DNA of 64,000 bases from assembly GCA_013043705.1 (NCBI GenBank), contig JABDNS010000036.1:2390-66389 (forward strand), written 5' to 3'. Every line of letters starts with the position of its first letter. Within the stretch, counting starts at the first letter, position 1. A program made the translations under genes and the position numbers. Below, piece by piece: positions 18,857-27,733 of this stretch. Under the pieces are notes generated by a model. That model had not been told where the DNA came from and made no database searches. It saw nothing but the letters and a program-made list of their open reading frames with translations. The DNA is from Pseudomonadales bacterium (GTDB lineage Bacteria; Pseudomonadota; Gammaproteobacteria; Pseudomonadales; UBA7434).

Positions 18857-19921
18857 CTAAGAGCCACGCGACAACATCAGCAAGCCCCCCAAGGCACAAA
18901 CGCCAATTGGCATCAGCACCGCAAGCAGTGGCGGGAAGCCATAGATCAAGCTGGCGGGCCCCAGCAGGTTTTGCGCGAACTGAAACGCAATACCTACCAC
19001 AATGCCGGTAAATACCCGAAAGCCCATGGTGGCTGAGCGCAGCGGGCCGAACACAAAAGATAGCGCAATCAGCACCAGGCTAAATACAGCAACCGGTTGT
19101 AGCGACTTTTGCCAGAAAGCCAGTCGAAACGGCGCGGCGTCCAGGCCCTGCGCATCTAGATAGCGGCTGTAATCGTCGAGGCTGCGCAGCGCCAATTCAT
19201 TTGGCTCGTTTACCAGGAAGTTTAGTGAACGCGGTGTCAGCTCACTTTGCCAGGTTCGCGTTGTGGCACTTGCGCTGCTAACACTATTGCCCTCAAAGCG
19301 CGTTTCGCGGATATCTTCCAGCAACCAGCTGTCACCGCTATAAGTCGCGCGCTGCGCCCATAGCGCACGGCTTAAGTCATCTCCATTAAATTCAAATAAC
19401 GTAACCCCGTACAGCACGCCACCAGGCTGCACCACACTGAGATGAAGGAAAGTATCGCCCTCCCTGTGCCAGAGCCCACTGCGCCCGGACACCAGCGAAT
19501 GCGAAGCACCCCACAGCCGCAGGTCCTTGTGCGTCTTGGCCCACTTATCGGTATAGGGTGAGACGAACTCGCCAATCAGCATTGAGGCGATCACTATCAG
19601 GATGACCGGGCGACAACAGTACTCCGCCAGGCGCGCCAGCGATCGCCCGCTAGCGCGCATCACAATGAGTTCGCTATTGCTCGCCAGCATGCCCATGCCA
19701 ACCAGGCTACCGATCAACGCCGACAGCGGTACGTATTCATAAACGCTACCCGGCACAGTGAGTAACACGTAGTAGATAGCTTGTGCAAACGTGTAGTCTC
19801 CGCGCAAGTCGCCCAGCTGGTCGACAATGGCGGCCACAATATCCAAACCGACCACCAGTAACAGCACCAACAAAATGCTACCGCCAACCGTACTCGCAAT
19901 GTAGGCACCGAGCTTGCTCAT
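18857..19921 (-). CDS. lptG: LPS export ABC transporter permease LptG
   Basis: ATG 19921 overlaps the lptF stop (ATGA). YjgP/YjgQ-type permease: MSKLGAYIASTVGGSILLVLLLVVGLD, a periplasmic beta-jellyroll segment and 6 TM. Confidence 0.85.
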   Translation of the reverse strand: MSKLGAYIASTVGGSILLVLLLVVGLDIVAAIVDQLGDLRGDYTFAQAIYYVLLTVPGSVYEYVPLSALIGSLVGMGMLASNSELIVMRASGRSLARLAEYCCRPVILIVIASMLIGEFVSPYTDKWAKTHKDLRLWGASHSLVSGRSGLWHREGDTFLHLSVVQPGGVLYGVTLFEFNGDDLSRALWAQRATYSGDSWLLEDIRETRFEGNSVSSASATTRTWQSELTPRSLNFLVNEPNELALRSLDDYSRYLDAQGLDAAPFRLAFWQKSLQPVAVFSLVLIALSFVFGPLRSATMGFRVFTGIVVGIAFQFAQNLLGPASLIYGFPPLLAVLMPIGVCALGGLLMLSRGS

Positions 19922-21021
19922 GATGGCAGCGCCGTACGTGCCATGCTGCGCGAGCGCAACAGGCGCTGCAGTTCGCGACGATAAACCAGTAGTAGTGCCA
20001 GCGAGAAAAACACCAAGTGCATGAGCCACAGTGTAAACACTGGAAATTGCGCGCTTTCAACCATGCTGCGCACGCCGCTTAGGGAAACAATATAAACCAG
20101 GTAAATCAGGATCGCCGGCAGCATTTTGGTATAGCGGCCCCGGCGTCGATCGGTGCGACTCAATGGCACCGCCAGAATCGCCACAACAATAACCGTAGCC
20201 GGCAGCGAAAAGCGCCAATGCAGCGCGGCGCGATGCGCAAGCTCATCCGAACGCAGTAGCTCCCGCGTGGGCAGGGCATCAATTTTTAATTTGACCTGCT
20301 CGGCCTCGCGGCGCAATTCGATGCGCTCTGTATAACTACCAAAACTGGTTAACTGGTAGGCGCGACTGCCGATCAGGCCCTCGTAAAGGCGGCCGTTTTG
20401 CAACTCGACAAAGCGCTCATTCGGGTCGTCGGCGGGCAATATTCTGCCGCTATTTGCACGCACCAGCATAATGCCACCATCGGCGCGTTGCTCTACCAGC
20501 ACCACACCCTCAAAGCGTTCGCGGCTTGGCAGGGACTCCACGTAAACAACGCTGTCACCGGCCCGGTCGGTCTGGAACTTGCCGGCGCGAAACAGCGCCA
20601 GGCCGTGCGTATTGCGCGACTCCTCTAGCAGTGCGCCCACGCGCGCCAGGCTGGCGGGGGCAACCCACAACGTTAATGCGGCAACCAACATACTGATCAA
20701 GGTGGCGGGTAACATCGTCATGCAAAGGATTTTGCCCTGGCTAACACCGGTTGCCTCTATTACGGTCATCTCACTGTCAACATAAAACCGCCCGTAGGCC
20801 AGCAAAATGCCAACGAACAAGCCAAGCGGAATAATCAACGGCAGAAAGTCTGGGATGCGAAACAGGATAATCGAGAAAACCAAATCAGCGGCAAGGTCGC
20901 CGCTACTGGCTTGGGTTAGATATTTTGCCAGCCGCCCACTGGTGACGATAAGCAAGAGCACCAGCGTGACCGCCACGGTAGCAAGCATCGAACTGGTGCT
21001 GAGATAGCGAAACAACAACAT
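19918..21021 (-). CDS. lptF: LPS export ABC transporter permease LptF
   Basis: MLLFRYL....L..V.V.L.LL N-terminus, YjgP/YjgQ architecture, paired with lptG. Confidence 0.85.
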   Translation of the reverse strand: MLLFRYLSTSSMLATVAVTLVLLLIVTSGRLAKYLTQASSGDLAADLVFSIILFRIPDFLPLIIPLGLFVGILLAYGRFYVDSEMTVIEATGVSQGKILCMTMLPATLISMLVAALTLWVAPASLARVGALLEESRNTHGLALFRAGKFQTDRAGDSVVYVESLPSRERFEGVVLVEQRADGGIMLVRANSGRILPADDPNERFVELQNGRLYEGLIGSRAYQLTSFGSYTERIELRREAEQVKLKIDALPTRELLRSDELAHRAALHWRFSLPATVIVVAILAVPLSRTDRRRGRYTKMLPAILIYLVYIVSLSGVRSMVESAQFPVFTLWLMHLVFFSLALLLVYRRELQRLLRSRSMARTALPS

Positions 21022-21217
21022 GGCTTTCGATCGTTGGGCCGATTGGACAATTCATCGCGTACAAAAACGCGATGCCAAGTAAAACGCTACGGTACCTCAG
21101 TGGCGGCGCGCAGACCATGCAGCCAAAGGGCACCCGTGCGGAATACCGAAAACTCTTGCCGCTTGCCAGGGCAATCAGCGTTTGGCCAAGGACAAAAGCT
21201 ATTATTACATTAATGTT

Positions 21218-21363
21218 AGCTTGGCGCCGAATCAGTACAATTAACTTGCGAGGCGGAGCAGCAGTGCTACATTTATCGGGTAGCAGGAGTAGACGTACGA
21301 TGTTGCTATGCTCCAGGTCTAATTTAGCTCTTTTAAAAGGTGCCCGAGTGGCGCCTTTTTTTT
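21218..21363 (+). ncRNA. candidate small RNA (hypothetical)
   Basis: Possible sigma70 promoter TTGGCC-N17-TACATT (21182-21210). Nested helices GGAGCA/TGCTCC and TGCTAC/GTAGCA. Ends in a strong terminator hairpin with a T8 run. No credible ORF ends here. Confidence 0.25.
21335..21363 (+). terminator. orphan Rho-independent terminator
   Basis: AAAAGGTGCC-cgagt-GGCGCCTTTTTTTT. No annotated gene on either strand ends at it. Confidence 0.55.
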
Positions 21364-21404
21364 GCCCTCATTTTTGCCCTCATTTTTGCCCTCATTTTTT
21401 GCCC
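21359..21404. repeat. tandem repeat, 12-bp unit TTTTTGCCCTCA x3 plus a partial 4th copy
   Basis: Read directly: tttttgccctca tttttgccctca tttttgccctca ttttttgccc. Confidence 0.9.
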
Positions 21405-21546
21405 GCCATCGGCCAGCGCAACGCAAAGCCAATCCGGTTAACACCCCGCACGTGAACAATCCGCCATTTTTGAAGCGCGCACAGCACGCCGTTCACAATC
21501 CCTAGAGCTGTTTGTTTTTTAATCGACCAGAACCCATAGACTGGAT

Positions 21547-21572
21547 AAACCTCCTCGAAAAGGTGGTTTTTT
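21547..21572 (+). promoter_or_regulatory. terminator-like hairpin in the 5' leader of the lipoprotein gene (possible attenuator)
   Basis: AAACCTCCT-cgaaa-AGGTGGTTT followed by TTT, with one U-U mismatch. It ends 23 nt before the ATG at 21595. Confidence 0.4.
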
Positions 21573-21594
21573 CTAGCCTAACTGGTCGAACCGC

Positions 21595-24207
21595 ATGCTG
21601 TATTTTCAAACTGCCCCAACCCGCCCGGCCCAGCCCCACCTGCGGCTGTTTCGCTTTATCTGGACTGCGCTACTTGCCCTGCTTATCGCTGGCTGCGGTG
21701 GCCTTGAATCGAGCAACTCGAGTAACAGTTATCCGGTGCAAGGCAACGCAGTTAAAGGGCCACTTGCGCACGCCGGCGTCGCCGCCTACCTGCTCGACCC
21801 CTCGCGCGGTAACCTGAAGGGCGAACTGGTTGCGCTGGGTCTAACCGATGCCCAGGCCAATCTGGATTTAACTATTCCCGCCGCTGACGCCAACAGCGGC
21901 CCGTTTTTGCTCGAGTTCACCGGCGGTAGTGAACTGGGCGGCAGCACACCGGCAATTAGCGTGCTGCGCACAATATTGAGCAATGCCCAACTCACCAGCC
22001 GAACGCCGGTATATGCCACCCCACTAACAACCTTTGTACTGGAGCACAGTAAGCAGATTGCCGATATGACAGGCTCGGTGAGCAATCCGTTGCGCATTGG
22101 CTTGCAAGGCAACGACGATGGCGAAGTTAGCATGCAAGAATTTATGCAGGCAATAACCGTGTCCAGCGAATTGGTGAAAGAGAGCCTGGGCTTGGGATTA
22201 CTGCCTGCGCGCATCGACCTGTTTACCACCTCGCCGCTGCTCGATGGCAGTGCCGCTGCAATGGATACGCTTGCGCTGCGAACCGCGAACGAAGTGCTGG
22301 CCGCACTGGTCGTTGAAATGGATGAGGAAATTGCTAGCGCAGCGGGGACCAGTCCTGGTGGCTCCATTATTTTGCGCGCGCTGGCAAGAGACTTCGCCGA
22401 TGGCATCTTCGACAAAACCAACGATGGCAATGCGCTGCCCGCGTTGTCAAACATTAGCGATCTCGCTGCAACCCTTGCACTCGACCCGGTGCAACTAATT
22501 GTACCTGGCACCAGCACGCCGGTTGCCGATATTGCCGGGCTCATCGTGGCAGAAGCGAATGCGATGGCGTTGACGGGTAACGACGAGCCGCTGCTGCCGC
22601 AATCACCCGCACCTGTGCAGACATCTATTTTTGGCACCGGCGCCGGCACTAGCGATCCAGATCCCGAGCCAGAGCCAGAGCCGGAGCCTGAGCCTGAGCC
22701 TGAGCCGGTAAATACCGCGCCATCGGTATCGATTAGCAACCCGCAGGCCAACGCCACTTTCAATTTTGACCAGGTGCTAAACGCGTCACTGGTGGTAAGC
22801 GATGCCGAAAACAATGTAAGTCACTGTGATGTTGCGCTAGATGGCAACTTCGTAGCGCGCCTGCAAGCGGCACCTTACACAGTAAGCCTTGGCGTACCTG
22901 GCGAAGGTGCTCACATCCTCACAGCAACCTGTGTGGACAGCGCCGGGCTGGGGGCTAGCGCTCAACAGCAGTTTTCAATGAACCCCGAGCCGGTAGTTGA
23001 GCCCGAACCGGAAAACCTGGCGCCGGTGGTAAACATTAGCTCACCGGGCAATAACAGCGCACATGCGTTCGGCGCAAATATCAGCGTGAGCGCCACCGCC
23101 AGCGATAGTGACGGTAGCGTAGCATTCTGTGACCTGCTGGTAGACGGCAGCTTCTTCGCCCGCGATAGCGCCGCGCCATTCCTGTTTAGCGGCGCAGGCC
23201 TGAATACACTGGCCAGCGGCGCGCACAGCTTAACCGTTGCGTGTAGCGACCAGCTGGGCCTTAGCGCCAACGCTGCAGTGAATATTACTGTCGATGCACC
23301 CCCTGAGCCTGAAAATGTTGCACCTGTCGCGAGCTTTGCGTTACCGGCCGTAGCACAGACTTATACTGAGGGCGATCCAATCTACGTGCGTATCGATGCC
23401 AGCGACAGCGACGGCAGTGTTGCCCACTGCACACTGTCGGTAAATGGCAATTCCGTTCGACAAGAAAGCTTCGCGCCCTACGAGTGGGGAACGATCAATG
23501 ATATCGCTGATGCACAACTGATTGACCTGCCAGTGGGTGAGCACCAGCTACTCGGTATATGCGTAGATGACGATAACGAAAGCGTCAGCATTGCACGCAG
23601 CTTTACGGTTGTTGAAGCACCGAATGTTGCGCCAACGGTAGCTATGCTTAGTCCCACCCAGGATCAACACTTTAACCAGGGTGATAGCATTAGCGTTGCG
23701 CTATCGGCGGCGGATAGTGACGGCAGCGTAGCCAGCTGCGCTCTACAACTTGATGGAGTAGTGTTGGCGAGCGATAGCAGTGCACCCTTCACCTTCGAAG
23801 GTGGCGCGTTGGCCAATCTGGCAACGGGTAGCCATACCTTGCAAGCCACCTGCACTGACGATGACGGCATGAGTAGTGCACCGGTACAACGTTCTATCGT
23901 TATTGATCCAGTAATTACGGCCACCAGCTCGGTTGCCCTGGACTGGATGATTCCTACCACCAGGGAAGATGGCACAGCGCTGGCTGCAGCTGAAATCGAT
24001 AGTTATGAAATTTACTACTACATTGGCAGCGCTTCGCAAAACGGTGTTACCGTCAACGTTGCGGCTACCGACCAGAGCGGCACAATGGTGAGCAACTTTG
24101 TGATCGACGAACTCGCTGGCGGGAGCTACTTCTTCAGTATCGCTACCATCGATACCAGTGGCAACGTAAGCGCATTTGTAGACCCAGTGGCGCTCAACAT
24201 ACCTTAG
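21595..24207 (+). CDS. large surface lipoprotein: lipobox, about 330-aa N-terminal domain, (PE)n linker, four Cys-pair Ig-like repeats, C-terminal FN3-like domain
   Basis: Signal plus lipobox LALLIAGCGG, then DPDPEPEPEPEPEPEPEP. Four repeats of N.AP.V.I..P....SDSDGSVA.C.L..DG......APF.......L..G.H.L...C.D..G.S. Tail is LDW..PT.REDGT.L....I..YEIYY. Confidence 0.8.
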   Translation: MLYFQTAPTRPAQPHLRLFRFIWTALLALLIAGCGGLESSNSSNSYPVQGNAVKGPLAHAGVAAYLLDPSRGNLKGELVALGLTDAQANLDLTIPAADANSGPFLLEFTGGSELGGSTPAISVLRTILSNAQLTSRTPVYATPLTTFVLEHSKQIADMTGSVSNPLRIGLQGNDDGEVSMQEFMQAITVSSELVKESLGLGLLPARIDLFTTSPLLDGSAAAMDTLALRTANEVLAALVVEMDEEIASAAGTSPGGSIILRALARDFADGIFDKTNDGNALPALSNISDLAATLALDPVQLIVPGTSTPVADIAGLIVAEANAMALTGNDEPLLPQSPAPVQTSIFGTGAGTSDPDPEPEPEPEPEPEPEPVNTAPSVSISNPQANATFNFDQVLNASLVVSDAENNVSHCDVALDGNFVARLQAAPYTVSLGVPGEGAHILTATCVDSAGLGASAQQQFSMNPEPVVEPEPENLAPVVNISSPGNNSAHAFGANISVSATASDSDGSVAFCDLLVDGSFFARDSAAPFLFSGAGLNTLASGAHSLTVACSDQLGLSANAAVNITVDAPPEPENVAPVASFALPAVAQTYTEGDPIYVRIDASDSDGSVAHCTLSVNGNSVRQESFAPYEWGTINDIADAQLIDLPVGEHQLLGICVDDDNESVSIARSFTVVEAPNVAPTVAMLSPTQDQHFNQGDSISVALSAADSDGSVASCALQLDGVVLASDSSAPFTFEGGALANLATGSHTLQATCTDDDGMSSAPVQRSIVIDPVITATSSVALDWMIPTTREDGTALAAAEIDSYEIYYYIGSASQNGVTVNVAATDQSGTMVSNFVIDELAGGSYFFSIATIDTSGNVSAFVDPVALNIP
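22654..22707 (+). repeat. coding hexanucleotide microsatellite (GAYCCN/GAGCCN)x9 encoding DPDP(EP)7
   Basis: gatccagatcccgagccagagccagagccggagcctgagcctgagcctgagccg, read directly. Confidence 0.9.
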
Positions 24208-24211
24208 CGCT

Positions 24212-25489
24212 TTAATTTCGACGCAGGCGAAAGTAATTGGGAACAGTGGCATTGGCATTGCCCGCCAGCTCGCGGCGCAGCAAATCGAGCGCGATAGCCG
24301 GCACCATCGTCTGGAACATTTTTCGGGAGCTCGCGTAACAAAAGTGCGCGGTGTGTAGATTCGCAGCACGGCCCCAGGCAATCCATACGGTACCTACCGG
24401 CTTGTCATCAGTGCCACCGCCGGGCCCGGCAATACCCGTTACCGCAATCGCATAGTCTGCACCGCTGCAAGCCAGCGCGCCGCTGGCCATCGCTATCGCC
24501 ACCTCCTCGCTGACCGCGCCATGCTGCGCAAGCAAAGTTGCGTCAACGCCAAGCAAGCTCTGTTTGATATGGTTTGCGTAGCTAACAACACCACATTCGA
24601 ATACCGTTGACGCGCCCGGCACCGATGTCAGCTGCGCGGCTATGCCACCACCGGTACAGGACTCGGCAAGTGTCAATTTTTGTCGCTTGTTGCGAAGTGC
24701 CTGCACCACCACTTCGGCCAGGCTGGTGTCATCCTCGCCGATAATGTAGTCACCAAACCATTCGCGTAGCAACGCTTCGGCTTCAGCCCGCGCCTGTAGC
24801 TGCGCGCGATCTTGAACCTCCAGCTTTATCTCAAGCAAAGGTGCGCCCGCACGAAAGCCCAGCTCAACCGCGGGCGGCCAAAGCCCACGGTTATCGTTAA
24901 AATGTTGCTGCAGTGTTGACTCACCTACCCCAAACAGTTTGAGCCGGCGGATGTAGCGCGCTTCGGCAACAGGAAATTTTTGCTGCAACACCGACGGCAC
25001 ATCGCCAGACAGCATCGCTTCCAGCTCGCTGGGCACGCCCGGTGTGGCCAGCACCAGGCAGCCGCTGTGTTCGACCCAAAACCCGACCGCACTACCCACG
25101 GGGTTGGCCAAAACCCCTGCGCCCGCCGGCAGCCACGCCTGCTTGCGATTTGACTCGTTCAGCTCGAAACGCCGGCGTTCACACCATTGCTGCAAATGTG
25201 CCAGCGCCTGTTGGTTTTCCACCAACTCAACGCTGCACAGACGCGCCAGTAGTTCGGCGGTTAAATCATCCCCGGTTGGTCCAAGCCCGCCATTAACAAT
25301 CACTGCAGGATAAGCCGAGGCCAGGCGAGCCAGCTCTTTTTCCAGCAATTCCAGGTCGTCACCCACGGTTACTTTGCAAGCGATATCAAAACCGTAAGCT
25401 GCCAGTGCTTGTGCAATCCTGGATGAGTTGGAATCAACAGTGTCGCCACGCATTAATTCATTCCCGGTAAGCAATAGTGCTATGTGCAA
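24212..25489 (-). CDS. cinA: CinA-family protein (MoCF-binding domain plus NMN amidohydrolase PncC domain)
   Basis: LLLTGNELMRGDTVDSNS N-terminal domain and LAESCTGGGIAAQLTSVPGAS C-terminal domain. Start assigned to TTG 25489 (GGAGG 9 nt upstream). The track ORF extends into the TetR gene. Confidence 0.85.
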   Translation of the reverse strand: MHIALLLTGNELMRGDTVDSNSSRIAQALAAYGFDIACKVTVGDDLELLEKELARLASAYPAVIVNGGLGPTGDDLTAELLARLCSVELVENQQALAHLQQWCERRRFELNESNRKQAWLPAGAGVLANPVGSAVGFWVEHSGCLVLATPGVPSELEAMLSGDVPSVLQQKFPVAEARYIRRLKLFGVGESTLQQHFNDNRGLWPPAVELGFRAGAPLLEIKLEVQDRAQLQARAEAEALLREWFGDYIIGEDDTSLAEVVVQALRNKRQKLTLAESCTGGGIAAQLTSVPGASTVFECGVVSYANHIKQSLLGVDATLLAQHGAVSEEVAIAMASGALACSGADYAIAVTGIAGPGGGTDDKPVGTVWIAWGRAANLHTAHFCYASSRKMFQTMVPAIALDLLRRELAGNANATVPNYFRLRRN

Positions 25490-25505
25490 AACGACTAACC
25501 TCCGC

Positions 25506-26189
25506 CTAAATAGTTTCCGCGCGTGCGGTACTGCGCAGAATTTTTGCCGAGCTATCCGGCGCTTGCATGCCAGCCACAATGAAATCCACCAGGTTTTCGG
25601 TTCGCCACGCCAATGTACGCTCGTCGAGCTCTATGCTTTGTTGTCGCCTCGCCTCATCCCACTCGGCTACAGCATTAATGGTTTGCCTGCCCATAAACTG
25701 TAAGCGCAAATGCACCACAGGCTGCGGCAGTGGTGCGAGCTTGCGAATCAGCAGCGCGCTAATACTGTGCAAGGCCCTGGCTCGCTCACGATCGCGCAAG
25801 TACAGCTCCCTGCCCCGCTGGTAGGCGTACAGCTGCGCGAGCAGGGAAACATAATAAGTATCGACAATTGGCTTTAAAAGCTCTTCCGCGAAAGGTCGAA
25901 CAAAGACCTCGACCAGTGCGCGAGTGGATATGGGTTTTTCAATCGCTTGCAACTGCTGCAAACGTTTCAGGCGCTGCTGGTTCACGGGACTGACCCGGTA
26001 GTCGAGTATTGCCTCAACCAGGCTATCGCGATTGGCAAAGTGATATTGAAGCGCGGAATTGTTCTTTTGCCCGGCTGCACGGGCGATCATGCGCGTTGAT
26101 ACCGCATCCAGCCCCTGCTCGGCGAACAGCTTTTCCGCAGCCATGAGTATGGGCCGAGCGGCTTCACTGGGTAAATATTTTGACGACAA
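25506..26189 (-). CDS. TetR/AcrR family transcriptional regulator
   Basis: N-terminal HTH ILMAAEKLFAEQGLDAVSTRMIARAAGQKNNSALQYHF. Confidence 0.8.
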   Translation of the reverse strand: MSSKYLPSEAARPILMAAEKLFAEQGLDAVSTRMIARAAGQKNNSALQYHFANRDSLVEAILDYRVSPVNQQRLKRLQQLQAIEKPISTRALVEVFVRPFAEELLKPIVDTYYVSLLAQLYAYQRGRELYLRDRERARALHSISALLIRKLAPLPQPVVHLRLQFMGRQTINAVAEWDEARRQQSIELDERTLAWRTENLVDFIVAGMQAPDSSAKILRSTARAETI

Positions 26190-26533
26190 CGTTTGCCCCC
26201 TGCCCCGTTACCCTACCACCGTACTACCCGACTACCCGCTTAATTGACTACCTGCCTATTCGACAACCATGGCAAGCAAATACTGAACAAGCTAAGCATC
26301 GAACTGTCCAAGCGACACCCGCAATTCTTAAAGAGCCTCGTACAAAGGCAGGCGTGTTCGCTGTGTTGGCTCACAGTATACCGCAGCTGCATGCATACGC
26401 CGCCTCGCTTGGCTGCCGCTTTGCTTTCGCGTAGTATTAAATTATTCGCATAGCGCTAGCCGGCCTTGCGCAGGATAATAACTACTTCAATCTGCCACTA
26501 CGATGGCGTGCGCAATAAAGCGATAATGGCTGC

Positions 26534-26869
26534 ATGTTTTTAATCAAGATCCTACTCATTTTCCTGGCCGTCGCTGCCGCGCTGTACTTCTATTCTGCGC
26601 TGCGGGTACGCGAACTGGCCACAGTCGCTGCACGCAAGCGCTGCACGGAGTTAGGCGTGCAGTTTCTCGACCAAAGCGTCAGCGCAAATGGTATTGCGCT
26701 GCGCAGCTCGGTGGCAGCATCGACGACAAGCAAACGGACGCTGGAGCGGCGCTATCGCTTCGAATTTACATCAACCGGAGATGAGCGCTACGTCGGTCTT
26801 GTTACCATGCTGGGCAACCGGGTAAGCGCCATAGAACTAGAGCCCCATCGTATGCCAGACGACGTTTAA
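26534..26869 (+). CDS. small membrane-anchored protein (DUF3301-like)
   Basis: One N-terminal TM helix, then RKRC.ELGVQFLD and YRFEF...G.RY.G.V.MLG. The family assignment is from memory. Confidence 0.5.
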   Translation: MFLIKILLIFLAVAAALYFYSALRVRELATVAARKRCTELGVQFLDQSVSANGIALRSSVAASTTSKRTLERRYRFEFTSTGDERYVGLVTMLGNRVSAIELEPHRMPDDV

Positions 26870-26875
26870 GCCGCC

Positions 26876-27733
26876 ATGCGTGAAACCAATCCCCCGCAGC
26901 GGCCGATGCAAGTAAAGTGCACTGCGGCAGCCGAGCAATTGCCGCTTTTCTGCACGCCGGAACAACGCGCAACTGCGGCAGCCGCAGAAACAGCAACAGC
27001 GCAGCCAGCCACCGAAAAGGTTTTACCCGGCTACGCGCTAACCCGAAGCCGGCGCAAAACATTGTGTTTGGGTGTGGAAGATGGACAATTAATTGTCCGC
27101 GCACCCCATTATGCGTCGATCAATGACATTGAAAGCTTTATTATTGAAAAGCAGCGCTGGGTGACAAAACAGCTCGCGGAGGATACGCGCCGGCAACAAG
27201 AGAAAATTCGCTTATTCGATGGCGCCACATTCCAGGCCCTGGGCGCCGAGTTTAGAATAGAAATTAACATCCTCGGCGCCGCGCTACGAAGCCGTATTGA
27301 TGCCTGCATGGAGCACAAGTTAGTCACCTTGAGCCTTACTGAAACTGGTGCCCAGAGAATCGAAGACAAAGCAGAGAAACTGTTTCGCCGCTGGTTAACG
27401 TCGCTTGCAGCACCCTACATGCAGCGCGCAACGCGCCAGCTTGCGGCCGCCACAGCACTCGATCGCACACTAGGGGAAATTGGCTTCCGCTATACGCGCT
27501 CAAAGTGGGGCCACTGCACATCGGCAGGCGACATCCAATACAATCCTGCTGTGGTCCTGGCGCCGACGACAGTGGTCGACTACATCGTTGCACATGAAGT
27601 GTGCCACCTGCGCCACCGCAACCACTCGCGAGCGTTTTGGCGGCTGGTTGAAAAATGTTGTCCTGAATGGCGCACTGCCGAGCACTGGCTGCGGCATAAT
27701 GGCCACAGGGCAGAGTTCTTGTTCTGCATCTAG
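26876..27733 (+). CDS. YgjP/DUF45 family zinc metallohydrolase (M48/SprT-like)
   Basis: Y.LTRSRRKTL, WGHCTS.G.I.YN and the HExxH-type motif YIVAHEVCHLRHRNHSRAFW. Confidence 0.8.
   Translation: MRETNPPQRPMQVKCTAAAEQLPLFCTPEQRATAAAAETATAQPATEKVLPGYALTRSRRKTLCLGVEDGQLIVRAPHYASINDIESFIIEKQRWVTKQLAEDTRRQQEKIRLFDGATFQALGAEFRIEINILGAALRSRIDACMEHKLVTLSLTETGAQRIEDKAEKLFRRWLTSLAAPYMQRATRQLAAATALDRTLGEIGFRYTRSKWGHCTSAGDIQYNPAVVLAPTTVVDYIVAHEVCHLRHRNHSRAFWRLVEKCCPEWRTAEHWLRHNGHRAEFLFCI

Noticed and set aside
21359-21404. Possible CRISPR-like array
   Set aside because: The 12-bp units are directly abutting with no spacers, there are fewer than 4 copies, and no cas genes are present. It is a simple tandem repeat.
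21072-21455. 127-aa ORF whose product contains FCPHFCPHFCPHF
   Set aside because: The repeat peptide is an artefact of translating the 12-bp tandem repeat. The ORF reads straight through a strong terminator hairpin, has no RBS and begins inside the lptF promoter region.
21411-21470. ACGCAAAGCC followed by CCGG, identical to the core of the c-di-GMP-I (GEMM-I) riboswitch, upstream of a surface protein gene
   Set aside because: I could not build the flanking helices. There is no GGCAAACC plus GNRA-capped P2 upstream, and no complementary CCGG..AGG strand downstream (the nearby AATCCG copies are direct, not inverted). This is probably a chance 10-mer, though an Infernal scan would settle it.
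21786-22814. 342-aa antisense ORF with a GSGSGSGS run opposite the lipoprotein gene
   Set aside because: It is the reverse-complement shadow of the (GAGCCN)n Pro-Glu linker and of a GC-rich coding strand. The sense frame has a lipobox and modular repeats, and the antisense frame has none.
26180-26453. Two overlapping plus-strand ORFs (84 and 69 aa) in the TetR/DUF3301 spacer
   Set aside because: They have no RBS, mutually exclusive frames, and no similarity or motif. I treat the 344 bp as promoter and leader DNA.
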